DNA of 64,000 nt, taken from NCBI GenBank assembly GCA_040437565.1, contig JBDOQK010000032.1, positions 248,001 through 312,000 of the forward strand, in the 5' to 3' direction. Positions 21,464 through 35,949 of the stretch are shown here, one piece after another. The notes under the pieces were generated by a model, which was not told the origin of the DNA, ran no database searches, and was given only the letters and a program-made list of their open reading frames with translations. A program made the position numbers and the translations under genes. Source of the DNA: Albugo candida. Its lineage: Eukaryota. Position 1 is the first letter of the stretch. Each line of letters starts with the position of its first letter.

Positions 21464-21918
21464 ACAGAACGTTTGAGAGGATCGTTTAGTGTGAACAATG
21501 TGATAAAGGAAGAAAATATGAATTGATCTGAGTCATGCCGAAGTCCTTCTGACTCCTATTCCGTTGCAGATTATTGTTTCTGAGTGCGTCTTGGTTGGAT
21601 GAAAACATGGAAATCAACCCAATCCCTTCTATTTTGCAAGAATCAGATAGGAGGAATGATACCTCCACCACTTTACCAGTGGCATCAGTTGTCGGTATCG
21701 CTGCGATAACATGCGTCCATGCGGGGCGTGACGACAAAAGACTAGCAATCACCACAACTACTGCTAAATTACAGGTCGAACTGTCGAAAGCATTCTTATA
21801 TATCACGTTCCCAGGTATTCCGCAAAATCTGTGAGCCGATAGACAACAGTGATTGCGGTGCGTTTCGACACGATATAAGATTGATGGAATGGATAGGATG
21901 CTCGATTATTGTATTTAT

Positions 21919-22135
21919 TCGTTCACTAAAATGCATTCAGCTCAAAAGAAAGTTTGAGCCATCAGTTACACTGAATCAAGGAATTGGTGTCTACGACAGT
22001 TTCAAGGGTAGGCTTTGCATATCAATCGTTCACTCAAAAGCATTCAGCTCAAAAGAGAGTTTGAGCCATCAGTTACACTGAATCAAGTAATTGGTGTCTA
22101 CGACAGTTTTAAGGGTAGGCTTTGCATATCAATCA
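21919..22135. repeat. Tandem duplication of a 107-bp hairpin-rich unit
   Basis: Copies start at 21919 and 22026, differ at only a few positions, and are not next to an N gap. Confidence 0.9.
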
Positions 22136-22581
22136 TCTTATAATGCTGGGTGGGGTTCATAATAATGCTGGGACTTTTCGTACCCTTTACTGACAAGATC
22201 GTACACCGTTGCCGTGCAGTCCAATATGACATGTCCAAGCATTGTTTTGCTCAGCATTAACATAATTCGATGGCTGACAATGGCATCAACTTTGCACAAT
22301 GCGACGATGTATGGAGCAGTCATTTAAGACATCATTAATTGGAGAATTTTCAAATATTTATCGTAAAACTGACGTATATGATACTTCTTTGCGAAGCCAA
22401 AATAAACAATAGAAAAGCTATTTTGCGTCAGAAAGCTTCACAAGCGTTTCCGTTGACATGCACGAAAATAACCCGATAGTTAGCAATAGCGCTCGTCGTT
22501 GGCTTCTTTTGTGGTTTTCCACCAATCAAATTAAGCGGCTTGATAAAGTGTCGCAGTCTTCCTGAAAGTGAATCGGCCGCA

Positions 22582-23320
<739 letters not shown>

Positions 23321-23528
23321 GGAGGTCAAGAACGGAGTAAGTGCTCATAGATGCTGGCGAATCCGCATTTAAAGTACTGATTATGAACCGAAAAAGTCGA
23401 TAAGTAGACAATGCGAAGTAATTTGATCTATAAATCAGTCTTATTATTGATATACAATCTTTTAAGCTCGCAATTCAAAATCAAAGCACCTTCCTTAAGG
23501 CTTCAGAAACTCTTGCATTTGCATTCAC

Positions 23529-24470
23529 ATGTCAACTTCTACGAAAGCACTTGCGCGCTACTTTGCAAAGATCAATGGGTTTGGTGTTCCGGACTAGTTA
23601 AAAAGCCGAGCGTTTTCACTTCTGTTCAATACACAAGTCAAAATGGCTTGGCTTGGCGGAATAGAAGTTGAGACCTGGAACCAAATGAGAGCGACAGCAT
23701 CACTCAAAATCGACTACGGGTCCAAAATCATATTGGAGGTATACACGCTTGTGGTATGGCGCTTCTCGCCGAGCTACAGCAGGAATGGTGTTTGGTATAA
23801 ATGTCCCCGAAACTTGTGTGCCACTACTCACAAGCATGAAAATCGATTACAATTGACGAGCCACGGGCGACCTCTTTGCAGTGGCAGCTCTAACTCTTGA
23901 TCAGGTACCACGATGCACTAATGAGTAGTTGGTAATCTTTTTCCATCACGCGACAGATCACGAGTATACAATCAATGGAAAAAGGCAGTGTAAGAGTGGG
24001 TGTGCAGGTGCGAGATTCGGAAGAAAAGGAACCAATTGAATGCGAAGTCGTATGGGCGTGGACGACAAAGAAGAGAAAANNNNNNNNNNNNNNNNNNNNN
24101 NNNNNNNNNNNNNNNNNNNNNNNNNNNNNNNNNNNNNNNNNNNNNNNNNNNNNNNNNNNNNNNNNNNNNNNNNNNNNNNTTGGTATAAATGTCCCCGAAA
24201 CTTGTGTGCCACTACTCACAAGCATGAAAATCGATTACAATTGACGAGCCACGGGCGACCTCTTTGCAGTGGCAGCTCTAACTCTTGATCAGGTACCACG
24301 ATGCACTAATGAGTAGTTGGTAATCTTTTTCCATCACGCGACAGATCACGAGTATACAATCAATGGAAAAAGGCAGTGTAAGAGTGGGTGTGCAGGTGCG
24401 AGATTCGGAAGAAAAGGAACCAATTGAATGCGAAGTCGTATGGGCGTGGACGACAAAGAAGAGAAAATGA
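23529..24470 (+). pseudogene. DUF4442 (hotdog-fold thioesterase-like) pseudogene
   Basis: Reconstructed MSTSTKALARYFAKING..VPD*LKSRAFSLLF...VQNHIGGIHACGMALLAE/TAGMVFGINVP...SMKIDYN*RATGDLFAVA...KGSVRV.VQVRDSEEKEPIECEVVWAWTTKKRK. In-frame TAG at 23595 and TGA at 23854, two single-base frameshifts, intact intron 23905-23956. The span includes a 388-bp artefactual duplication. Confidence 0.8.
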
Positions 24471-25018
24471 TAACGCATCTTAGGACTTTTTTTATAATTA
24501 CTGCACAAGAAACGTGTAGCGACGTGCAGTGGAATAGCGAAATGATAACCAAGAAATGGGCCAAGTATTTGTGTGCTCGAGGAGAAATCCATTTCATTGT
24601 GTCTTGGATAGGTACATTGTATCCATCCTCGACATTATGGTCATCAGAGAACCACCAAGTATCAATTGATATAAGAACCACATTACACTTCAAGGCGTAT
24701 CCGCAAGCTGTGCAGGTTGTATCGATTGTGATTCTTACTCCACGAGAGAAGTACTGGTTCAAACTTTTGTCAAAAAAGAGTGATACTTTATTCGTAACAG
24801 TTTGAATGTGAATGGTTCTAAAGACTTTCTGTATCACAAGAATTTGAGACAAAGATTTGCCCAGTATATCCTTTATTACCAAGGAATAGCATATATATGT
24901 TGCTCATCCTATCCTCAGTGATGTCGGATCCGAATGAAAATTAGCTTGATTCGAACTCTCCGGTCTTATTTGTGTAACTGCAGCATTGTATTTTGGGCCT
25001 CTCAATAGCATATCGATA

Positions 25019-25500
25019 ATGCCTTTAAAACGACTAACGTTGGAAGCTCCCCCAGGTGGAAAACTGATAACACGGAAGCATAATGGCAAGGGGCAGCATT
25101 CTAATGTGGAGCGGTATATTCGTCGCGAAGAAGAATTGGTACAAGCTCGAGATTATTGCAATAAGAGCGAAAGAACCGCAATTTGTGCGAATTGGGAGGA
25201 GCGTCTTTTGCTTCGAAAAAAGCAAAATTTCAGGTAAGTTTTACATGATGTGTTTGTATGAGCATACACATCATGAAAAACTTACATGACAAGATTCAAT
25301 CTTGTAGGTTAGATAATGACCTGGATATATTAAACACGGAAACAATACAAGTACGACAAAAACGCCTATTGAAGTTTTATCAATCATGCTACGATCAGTA
25401 TATTTATTATGTGTATCGATTCCTGCGAACTAAATTGTTTTTTAGATGGGAAATCGATTTGAATAAGAACGGGCTTGCGATTTTACGTGACCGCGACTAG
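25019..25500 (+). CDS. Small helical protein, CFAP141 (C1orf189)-like ciliary microtubule inner protein candidate; 2 introns
   Basis: Spliced ...TAICANWEER...R-LDNDLDILNTETIQVRQKRLLKFYQSCYDQ-WEIDLNKNGLAILRDRD*. The C-terminal VR..RL..Y....E..L...GLA pattern is typical of this family. GT-AG introns 25234-25307 and about 25398-25445. Confidence 0.5.
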
Positions 25501-27749
25501 GATCTCGTCAACTCGTTTGTTCACATAAGTTACTATACATTCTACAAACGTCGATGATCAAGACATTAGATGCATCACTGCAAATAATTAAATGAGCTGA
25601 GCTTTTGCTGAGCATTCACTGTCAGGTTCAATGTAATAAGTTTTGACGTAATTCGCGGAATTTACAGAGTGAGAATACAATTGTCTATAGTGTACCAAAT
25701 CCCTAACTTGGCTCAAGAAGAATGATCGATGCTTCACGCAAGTTCGGACGAGGAGAGGCATACTAAATATGACGATCAGCTTGACGTAATAGAAGAGGAC
25801 TAGGGTAGAAAGGAACAATTGATGCGCTGTACTATATGGCACATTTAAACAAAGAGCTGTACACGGATACAAGATAGAAGATACCATTAGAACCATATCT
25901 GTCATAGACACGCCGTCATCAATACACATAAAGTCTATTTGTAGATTTGTGCTGCATTTGCAGATACAGCGGCCTGATGGTGTATATGACTACCTGGAGC
26001 TGAGTTTTTAACGTGAATGCTTACTCAATAAATGGCCTAATATAAAAACTCGATAAATCTTTCGTGTACTATTTTCATGATTTTACGTGCAATTGCTGAC
26101 GTTTAGACATCTATATACGTTGTACTTCGTCAATCGTTGAGGTACTGAGGACTACGGAGAGTACTTTACCCTTGCACATTGCCCTGATTCAGCATTACTA
26201 CACGATCATGATGGGAAATATCGTTTTGTGTGGATAAATCAAGGTAGATTCTTTGGAAGTATAGCGTGAGTTTCTTCTTGACAATCAAAGTCTTCCTCGC
26301 CTTGGTTTCGACCTCATTGGCTTTCTAATCCAGATTAGAATACCGCAGTATCACCAAACGTACTCTATATTTGCCCACAAGCGCACACGTCATTGCCGGA
26401 GTCAAGTTTCTGGTCGCGCGTATATGACGAGACTGATAGCACGTATTGACATTCTCATTCGCATACGTTTGTAACCTTGATGCGATTGTAAGAAGTATTT
26501 GCTTTCAATCTGCATTCGCGCTGGCAACGGTACATAAAATTTCTTGGCATCTTCCCAAAGGAATTCATAAGGCGGATAATTGCATCCTCCAGAAATCATT
26601 TCATGATTAGCCGACTCAACTTATTCACCATTATTCGTCTTCGATTGATCGGCAACCTGTTTATCCTCGATATTTACCTGCGCATGTAAGCTTCACATTA
26701 CTTCTAACGATTGATATGTCGAATTGACAGCCCTTTTTACGGTTGGGGATTAAGTATTGACTTGGATAATTCGGCAGAGTAACCTACGACTCCCGCAGTA
26801 ACTTGCCTTGAAAAAGTTCGACATAGCTGTCGACAAAATTTGACTGAAGTTGAAGCCACATCAATGATACATCTCATGCAATGTATCAGCGTTACAAGCG
26901 ACCGAAATTGCGATAAGTTTGAGCTTCCCGCCGCCATAATGTGTGAGTAATCGTTTCGTCACAGTTGGAGCAACCATCCTTATACCTCGAAAGTGTCATT
27001 TCTAGCTCTGTCTTATTAGCAGCTACTACACAGCATTTTGGTGGTGATCTCGTCACACACGAGCATAATCGTCGAGCGCAGAAAGGGGGTCATCAGTCAT
27101 ATATTGCGGTTCCACAGGATTCAAGAAAATTGACGCCATAATCCTCCACATCGGTATCGATGCACCGAAAGGAAAAACAAGAAGCCCACTCAAATACAGA
27201 GGAAATGTAAGAATTCTGGCACACGTTCTTACAAAAATGAGAACGGTACACGGCAGGTCATACACTGAAAGCCTCCCGAGATATTCTGCTAGACTCGACG
27301 TTATCTTGCGCGATCGTCCAGGACTTTTTGGCATGGTATGCTTTGTGATTAAGGTACGACTGGTATCAACCGTAAAGAGATACATACACATGGTGAGACC
27401 ACTAGCTCAACGCTAATGGTAGGTGTAATTTCGTATTCGATGCGCGATTTTGATTATCCTAAAACTTACGTATTGCGAAAATCTCGTTACAAAGATAGAG
27501 TTCCATCCTAATTTTCGAAACGTTACGCAATGACTGCAGACTTCGAAAACTGGGGTCAAAGATTCATGAATCGCAACCGGAAAGCAATATGTATGCAGAA
27601 AATGACCTTCACTGAAGCACATATGTCACACAAGTTTTCTACCCCGGTTTCTTACTACAAATCTTCAGAATTGCAGACAAATGAAAATAAGGGATGAAGC
27701 GACAGTTGTTTTTCAAACAAGGAAAAGCAGGAATCCTATATTTGGGTTC

Positions 27750-30700
27750 TGATACCCCTCCATCGAGCGTATTTTCGGCTCTGATGTTTTCAAGTGCACG
27801 TTCGGTCATGACATGTCTCACTAACTTGGTGTAAACCGACAAGTGTTTTTAACTCCTCCAATTCCGGTGCATGAGGCGCCTTCGTCATCATGTCAGATGG
27901 CATGTAAGAACCTTCACGATATTCGGTTTTGAGAATCCCACGTTTGGCGTACGAGCCCACAAATTTTATTCTCACGTCGATGTGCTTTGCTTTTAAGGAA
28001 GATTCTCCGGCAGGTTTCATGAGTGCTCCCTGGTTATCGACCTTGAGCGACATCGGCATGATCACAACCTATCCCATTCCTCCCAGCACTTCTCTGCTGC
28101 CAATCATCCTTGTAACTACGACCGACGCCGCAGTGAATTCTGCTTCCATGGTGGAAAGTGAAATTCGCTTTGTTTGTGAGTAAAACATACGACTGACATA
28201 CCCGCTACTAGGATATATCTAACGGTGACGGATCTACGGCCCGCCTTTCAGCAGCAAAGTCTGTATCACTATAATCCACTAATATGAGTGGTTTATTCAG
28301 ATCGTCATCTCCTTTCATTCGTAGACGAAGTTTCTTCAACTTTTGGAGCTACCGGGCTATTTTCCAAACACTTTCAATCGGACAATGCGTACGTCTTGTC
28401 GAACAATTTACCGCAAATGAAATAGCAGCTTTCCCATAAGGGATTGATGGTACGCACAAAAATCCCATTCTGTGTGGTACAAATCGGAAGCATGACATCA
28501 TTTCGACAACGTCATTGGTGGTATCTTCTATGTTCCATGGGCATTTTTCCAAACCCAGCTCTTTGAGCATACCCAAAATCGTCACTTTTTTGATCGATAT
28601 CGTAACCCACTTTAACATTGTAATTGATTCCCATTCCGAGAAATCTATGCGCAATACCCAAGCTTTTTGCAGACAAATTCTTCAAGTCATCAGAAAAAAA
28701 CATGTCCATCTAAAACGGTTCACTAAGACGTGTACCATCTCGCTTCCAATAAGCACACAAGTCTTTAAGACACTGTATGAGTCTTAGGGACAAAAGCTTT
28801 TTCTGCAGCAATTCTGACCAAAGTCTTCCTCCTTGTTTCGAACCGTACAGCGCCTTCTTCAATTCTAGCGACAGTTCATCCTACCTTTTGACTTGTTATG
28901 ATTCAAGTGTGTCGTGAACCACGTTCATTCCTTGTGGGGCTCTTAGAAGAATGTTGAGCTCCGGTTCCTAGCCAGCTTTGACATCTGCGTTGGGTATATC
29001 GCCATGCTGTGCCGGGACCCGCCATTGATCGCTGAAGCCAGCATTCATTTTACGCTTGAAATCTCCAATAAAGCGGCGAAGGTAACGTTGTAGTCACGAC
29101 CAAACGAGTTTATATCGCTCCAACTTTCTATCTGCGTCACGTCTCGTCTTATAAACCCATTTTTTATGCAGGCAATTTAAATCAAATGATGTCACCACCA
29201 TTTTCCACACTTGATGACTCTCCAAAGATCAAATTTCTTCTTGCATCGCTTCTTTCCATTCAGACTTGTCTACGCTATGAATTGCCTCCCGATAAGTTGA
29301 CGGATCCGCCTCTTTTACGCTATGCATCACTCCAGAGCCAACCTTCAACGCTATGCATCCGTCTCGTATGCCATCTGAGTCCATCTGTATTGATCGTGTT
29401 ACTAGACGCTCCCTTGTCCATAATGGCTTGGTTGAGCACCTGCGTGATCGCCGTGTTAGCATATATCTCATCACACACATTTTCTTACGTAGACGTGCCT
29501 TCGTAACCGCTAAGGTTTTGACAAGTCGTTATCTCTTTGTCGATAATCTCGATGTCTCGTATAAAATGCGTTGTTAGAACGGTGCGATCCTTGGGTAATA
29601 AGACTTGATAGTCTTTGTGCCATCACCAATCCCAATGATAATATCACGTTGTGCGCTCTTCGAAAAATTGCTCTTCTTCAGAATTCTATACATAATCTCA
29701 TTTAGTGCTGGCGTCACATAGGTAAGTATCTTGATCGGAGACACCTTGCTGGTATTAGCAGTCGTAGATGAACGATTCAACACGTATACAGCGTATTGAA
29801 TTGCATCCTCCGAAAGTAAGTGGCAAACCGCTGGAAAAAATCATACACCGCGCCATCTTCCTGATGGCACTCTGTATAGGCTCCGCCTTGCCATTGCTGT
29901 CTTGGTTTCGTGCCTCGCTACGCTGGAAAGCGCCGCCAAACATTTTACAGAATAATTCGAAATTAGCGTGTTCACCACCGGAGTCTGTACGCAAGACGTA
30001 AATTCGACAATCAAAACGCTTCTCGACATAAATCAAGAAATCCTCGAAGGATTTGCCCGCTTTATCCTTGGTAGGGGCGAGAAAAACTATCACGTAATTA
30101 CTTTTGTGTGATCAACAAACCCAGTCATGTAGCGATTTTCAAGCCTGTCCCTTGGGGTCATGGAGCCTTTGATATCCGAGCAAATAACTCCACCAATCTG
30201 GTCAATAGGATAGTTCGACCCAGTATCTAGGGTGGACTATCGACTTTTACTCTGCTTGCCTTGTTCGCATGTTGAGCAGCTGACACGTGTTCGATCAGTA
30301 TGATACCCGTAGCTATATTACAAGCCAATCTCTCCACGGCACCATAATTAAAGTGGCCAAAACGCCGATGAAAATTATATAATCTCCCCGGTTGTGGTAC
30401 GTGGAGAGTATCTTAGTTTAGCTCGTCCTTGTCCACAAGTGCAACCAAAATTACGTTTCGAGATGGCTGCAGTGTACGTGGCACTTTGGATTTGACCATT
30501 AGCACAATTTTAGATAAGTCCACGTCAGAGACCACAGTTTTTCCATAAGACGTTTCGGGTACACGATGTGCACCATGGCGACCAAGCACGTGCCCTTTGG
30601 CATCTATTTTTCTATACGATATCAAATGTGAGCAAGTCCGACCGCAAAATAAACTTCAGTAAGTTTCACAGTCTGAACCTTGCCATCCGCAGATACCCAA

Positions 30701-33370
30701 AATCTTACGTTGCCCACTTTTCAGATCGTCAGCTCGACTCCATCGGGCTTGGTACACACATTTTCGGCATCTTTCACATCTTCTAACCACGACTTATCGC
30801 TGCATAAGTAAAAACATGATCCACTGTCCAATGTCCAGCAATCAGTTCCGCCATCTCGCTGTGCTGAGATTGCGAGCGTAAAGTTAGCGTCACGTTTTGA
30901 GACGTGTGGAAAATTCGACACGAACCCAGTCGATTAGCATGTTTCGAATGGCTTTGCAGTTTGCAAAAATTGCGATTGTACCGTATTCCACCTGAAGAGA
31001 TCACCAATTTTCTACGCGCAGGTACATGGTTACGAAATATTCGCGGAGGGCTGCATGCAAAAAATACCGATTCTAGATGATTATACTTCAGAATGCTCTT
31101 ATTTTCGGTGAATTCTCTGTTTCATTTTATGGTGTGGGTTAGGCTCTATGCTCAATGGCGTCCGCAGGTGAGCGCAAATCCGTATTATTTCGAGACAAAT
31201 TTTATTGGCATGATCTTTATTTTGTCGCTAGCCCATATTGTTGTCATTTATAATTTCTCTATGGATCATCCGAGTTCAATAGACTAAAAAAAAGGACGCT
31301 TCGATTAGGACACATCGGTCTCAAATGTCTAGTCTCACCCCATTAGTGACACATTCGAGTCTCTTGAAATCTCGGCTCTCGGGCGACATTCGTCACACCA
31401 CTCGACAGTTGTTTCTTCGTTACGGATTTCCAAGCTTGTTCAAAATGCACCAGTTCCTCAGCTTGCTACAAATAATTCGTTCGGTGGGCATCAACCTTCG
31501 CCATCATTACTACCCTCATGCCTTCTGACGCGTATGACACGATGTTGTTGATGAAAAGATATACCACTGCACCTTCTGACACTACCGCCACAGCCACCAG
31601 GGAAAGATAGTGTTCAGTCCATGTTTTCTTTGGATCCTTAGGCCACGTTAAAAGATTGCATCGACTGAGGTGGAGTGTTTTGGATTTTGAAAGCCTCAAG
31701 CATTTTGACAATCGCACAATGAAAAGTCGGCATTTGGTTGCTCCAAGTCACCAGTTGTTTATGCTAGTATCGTTCAGCCATGCCTTGGAAAGAATCCCCG
31801 AGAAAGTCCACATTAACGTCTTCCGGCTATAGAAAGGCACACGATGACTGGGCCAAATCAACTTGTCTTTTAGAGCGACGACCGCACTGCAAAAGCCAGA
31901 GCCAAGTCCTTCGTACACTTCCACTCAAAAAACATACGAATTCCAATCTTTTTATGCCTTGCGTCAGGGTACTGCACAATCCGCTCCATTTGTTGTACCG
32001 TTCTTCGAGCATCATTCCCATGTTGATGATACATTTGTGGACCGACTTGGGAATCGTTCATACTCGGCGTAAAGACGTTGCAATTTAATACGGTAGATCA
32101 TGTCCAGGTTGTCTGTGTCCATTATACCTCGGGGGCTTGGCAGGCCGTTCCGCCTTGGCTGATTGATTCGACCAAACCAGTGCAGCGATATGCATTCGTG
32201 GTCCACGCCTCAGTTCCGACGAAAATAAATATTCCGCAGGGGACATCTGAACATCTTNNNNNNNNNNNNNNNNNNNNNNNNNNNNNNNNNNNNNNNNNNN
32301 NNNNNNNNNNNNNNNNNNNNNNNNNNNNNNNNNNNNNNNNNNNNNNNNNNNNNNNNNCACGATGTTGTTGATGAAAAGATATACCACTGCACCTTCTGAC
32401 ACTACCGCCACAGCCACCAGGGAAAGATAGTGTTCAGTCCATGTTTTCTTTGGATCCTTAGGCCACGTTAAAAGATTGCATCGACTGAGGTGGAGTGTTT
32501 TGGATTTTGAAAGCCTCAAGCATTTTGACAATCGCACAATGAAAAGTCGGCATTTGGTTGCTCCAAGTCACCAGTTGTTTATGCTAGTATCGTTCAGCCA
32601 TGCCTTGGAAAGAATCCCCGAGAAAGTCCACATTAACGTCTTCCGGCTATAGAAAGGCACACGATGACTGGGCCAAATCAACTTGTCTTTTAGAGCGACG
32701 ACCGCACTGCAAAAGCCAGAGCCAAGTCCTTCGTACACTTCCACTCAAAAAACATACGAATTCCAATCTTTTTATGCCTTGCGTCAGGGTACTGCACAAT
32801 CCGCTCCATTTGTTGTACCGTTCTTCGAGCATCATTCCCATGTTGATGATACATTTGTGGACCGACTTGGGAATCGTTCATACTCGGCGTAAAGACGTTG
32901 CAATTTAATACGGTAGATCATGTCCAGGTTGTCTGTGTCCATTATACCTCGGGGGCTTGGCAGGCCGTTCCGCCTTGGCTGATTGATTCGACCAAACCAG
33001 TGCAGCGATATGCATTCGTGGTCCACGCCTCAGTTCCGACGAAAATAAATATTCCGCAGGGGACATCTGAACATCTTACACAATCCTTTTCGACCGGCCC
33101 CTCTAGAAATATCTCCTTAAATTTTGTTCTGCGATTCTCCCAAGCGATCGAATCGTCCCATCAACCCACGATTAAGTTGTATCATTTCATTCCTGTCTAC
33201 CTGTCTCTACTTGACTCCCCCCGAAATATCATCTTTGTTGCCCGCAACGTACGTGATTCTCTTTTGATGAACTTCTACCAAACCCATTCGTTCGCGCAGC
33301 ACTTGGTGACGAAACTTGACGTCGACTGCCGTTGTCGCCATCGCTTAAGCTTGTTTGGCTCATACCCTAT
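27750..33370 (-). mobile_element. Degenerate Ty1/copia LTR retrotransposon (gag-PR-IN-RT-RH)
   Basis: Oomycete-type gag (LAQSSCAFL.PEDV, KDPKKTWTEHYL, MAKVD..RTNYL), protease WTLDSGS, HRRFGH, integrase LRTDSGGE...SNGKAE, RNase H DNQGA...KAKHIDVR. Purine tract near 27755-27765; copia-type PBS-like GGTATGAGCC at 33357-33366. Many stops and frameshifts. Confidence 0.9.
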
Positions 33371-34671
33371 TGATTTTTAAGAGAAGGTAAAACTGAGAGT
33401 CCTATAATAAGAAGTTAATATATATCCGACAATCACCCAAACCATACGTGCTTGTATGAATATGCTTGCCAATAGGTAGAAAAGACTGCACGCATCAAAC
33501 TAACACATGAAAACTCTTCCACTATCCGTTTGCACAAACTCCAATATCATTGGCTTTCAAACAGCGACTAACCGACATATGTGCTGATCTCTCTCTCTAT
33601 GTCACTATTATGAATTGGAGCCCCTGGCTCTTACCAGCCTCATCAGTGTGAAAATACTCGACCAGTCTTTTCGATAAAAACTTCCCCAGGCATGATTGAA
33701 CTACCGAACTTGCGCTTACGAAGCATAGAAAGCTCTCAGAATGGTTGAGAAATAAGACTCGCGTAGAGAGTAATGGTCTGTCAACAAAAGTATTCAGTGA
33801 GCCAATGCTCTATGGCGAAATCTGAATGTGAATGTCTATGCATTTATTCACTGACGGTTGCGAAAAGACAGCCTGATTCATGATATAGATTCAAGAAAGA
33901 TGAGCGACTAGGCAGTATAGTGGGCTGTTTTTTTTAGTCAAGTAGATCTTGTCGATATCGAGCTTGGATATGTGCATTTGTAATACTCTCGGGCTTACTT
34001 TCAATAACGCATTAAGCCCGAGTTGACCTTACCTTGCGCAAAGTGCATTCAATAGATTCTGCTGGCTGCAAGTCTATCACTCTTACACACTTGTTTTTCC
34101 CCACCCGAATGCAATCTTCAGCAAGCATAATGTATGATCGTCTTCATGAATTGAGTCCGTTTCTTTTAGCGCATGATTTATTTCAAGCTGTACGATAGAA
34201 TCAACTTTTGTTTGGGATTATCAACACGATATAAATCCTCGTTCCATCCACCCATGCAATTGAGTCGAGACTTTTTCACGTATTTACTAGGATCTCAGAC
34301 CATTTATTAAATTCCTCGTCAAATAGAGATACAAATCCATTTGAACTGGAGGCTAGAGCAGCTACATTAGTAAGAGATACGTAAACGACGTGATTCAAAT
34401 CTCAGAGGGTAGCCTGCTGAACTTGATCGGTTCTTCCTTATTGTGGATGATTTGATTCAATTTGAAGAGAGAAAAAATTGTAGCAAAAAGAACCAGCATA
34501 TAGAGCACAATCTTACAATATAGAACAGAAACCATGATTAAGATATTTTTTGTGAACATATTAATTCAAATCTGGATAAATCTGATGATTTTTCGAGAGA
34601 TGCGCTCAGAATTTTGCTTCTTATCTTATTGGCGGAGGATCATCGTAGGCTTCACCCATTACTCAATTTTT

Positions 34672-35910
34672 TGTAACAGGGCTACACGTTGATTAGTGAC
34701 CGTTACGTTTTGGGAGCTGACGTGTGTCAGCCACCGGACATTAGCGCTAAGATTAGGTACGTTTAGATTAAGGTACTCTTCTATAAAAAAAGTTAAAATT
34801 AGTTCCCCTTTTGATCAGTTAGAGACATGTGTCTGGTGAAGGCGTCTCAGAGCTTGTGCACTTTGTGTTGACGATTCCCTGAATCGTTAGGTTCCTTAAA
34901 CAAGGACCTTTAGCTCTCAAGCTTGTTGAATCGTTGAGTCGAGTTCTCTTAATAACTAAATTGCTCGTCGATGCAGATAGCCTTCTTCTGGCAAAGAGCT
35001 ATAGTAGCTCCGCTACACTTGGTAGCACTCGTGGTCATTCTACACCTGAGTCTGTAAGGACTGATCTGTTGTGAGGATGGAACAGCTCACTCCCCTCTTT
35101 GAGGCCCCAAGGGTTGCGCTTGACTAAATGACCGCAGCTGTGGACCTCGAATATGTGGAGTTCCTTGTTTCGCAAGGCCCGGCCGTGTTGAACGCACGTC
35201 TCGAGGGCTTCATGCAGTACGAAACTTCCCTACTAGGGCAGGCCCAAGACGCCAACATGCTTTGTGTCTGTACCCGACGCAGAGGCTAAACCTCGTCCAC
35301 TTCATCTGGACATTTGATACTACTCCGGAAAAGAGGGAGAAAACCTAGTCTTCGGGATCCGTGAGGTAGAAATGACCATGATGTCTGGCATGATCTCAGT
35401 TGAGCATCAGCGTGTCTCGATGGCGGTCAACAAGATTGATGGTATAGCTAGAGAATGGGCACTGACGTGCTGTACGTCAGTTGACATGGTGTTTCCCACA
35501 TGGCAATCGCTAAAGCTACAACTTACGCGCGTCTTTGCGCCACCTAATCAGGCATATCACGTGCGGTCACGCTTCTTGTCTACCCGTCAGGGTAAGAACG
35601 AATCAGCGGACTATGTCCAAGAGTTAGAACACTCGTAGCTGCTTTGCAGAGCGACTCTCTTCCTGATGTGGTCCACGTGACCGTGTTTATGGAAGGTCTT
35701 CGTACTGGCGTTGCCAGGCCCGAAGTCTTCCGAGTTCACCCTTCTCGCTTTGACGAATAGGTTGATAAAGCTCAGAATGCTGATCACAGCTTTAATTCGG
35801 CTAGACTTGGCTGGAATGGGCATAACCAAGCTCCGCAAGAGCAAGCTCTATGAGTACATCTGCTTTTTGTAAGCCTGAACCTATGGACCTTAGCAACGCT
35901 GAAGGTGAAG
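34672..35910 (+). mobile_element. Ty3/gypsy element 5' LTR (34672-35017) plus truncated gag
   Basis: TGTAAC...GCTACA LTR ends followed by a TGGTAGCA PBS-like site. Gag YSGKEGENL...AREWALTC...VFAPPNQAY.VRSRFLSTRQGK...PEPMDLS with frameshifts. Confidence 0.85.
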
Positions 35911-35949
35911 GAAAAAGCCGAGCTTCAAGTTGCTGTGCAATCATCGGCT

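Noticed and set aside
21486-21880. Overlapping ORFs on both strands
   Set aside because: No motif or consistent splice model could be built; left unannotated.
22138-22323. Short minus-strand ORF, and an RNase MRP-like GAAAAGTCCCAG word
   Set aside because: No recognisable protein family, and no matching downstream P4 strand was found.
23854-23856. In-frame TGA as selenocysteine or readthrough
   Set aside because: The same gene also has a TAG and two frameshifts, and the position is not a Cys site; a pseudogene is the simpler reading.
24346-24906. 178-aa minus and 125-aa plus ORFs
   Set aside because: No recognisable domain; they overlap the DUF4442 3' end and may be spurious.
25560-27640. 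Possible multi-exon minus-strand gene
   Set aside because: The short ORFs could not be joined or assigned to a family by eye.
33370-33560. 5' LTR matching a 3' LTR near 27500-27750
   Set aside because: The two flanks of the copia remnant show no visible similarity, so an LTR pair was not called.
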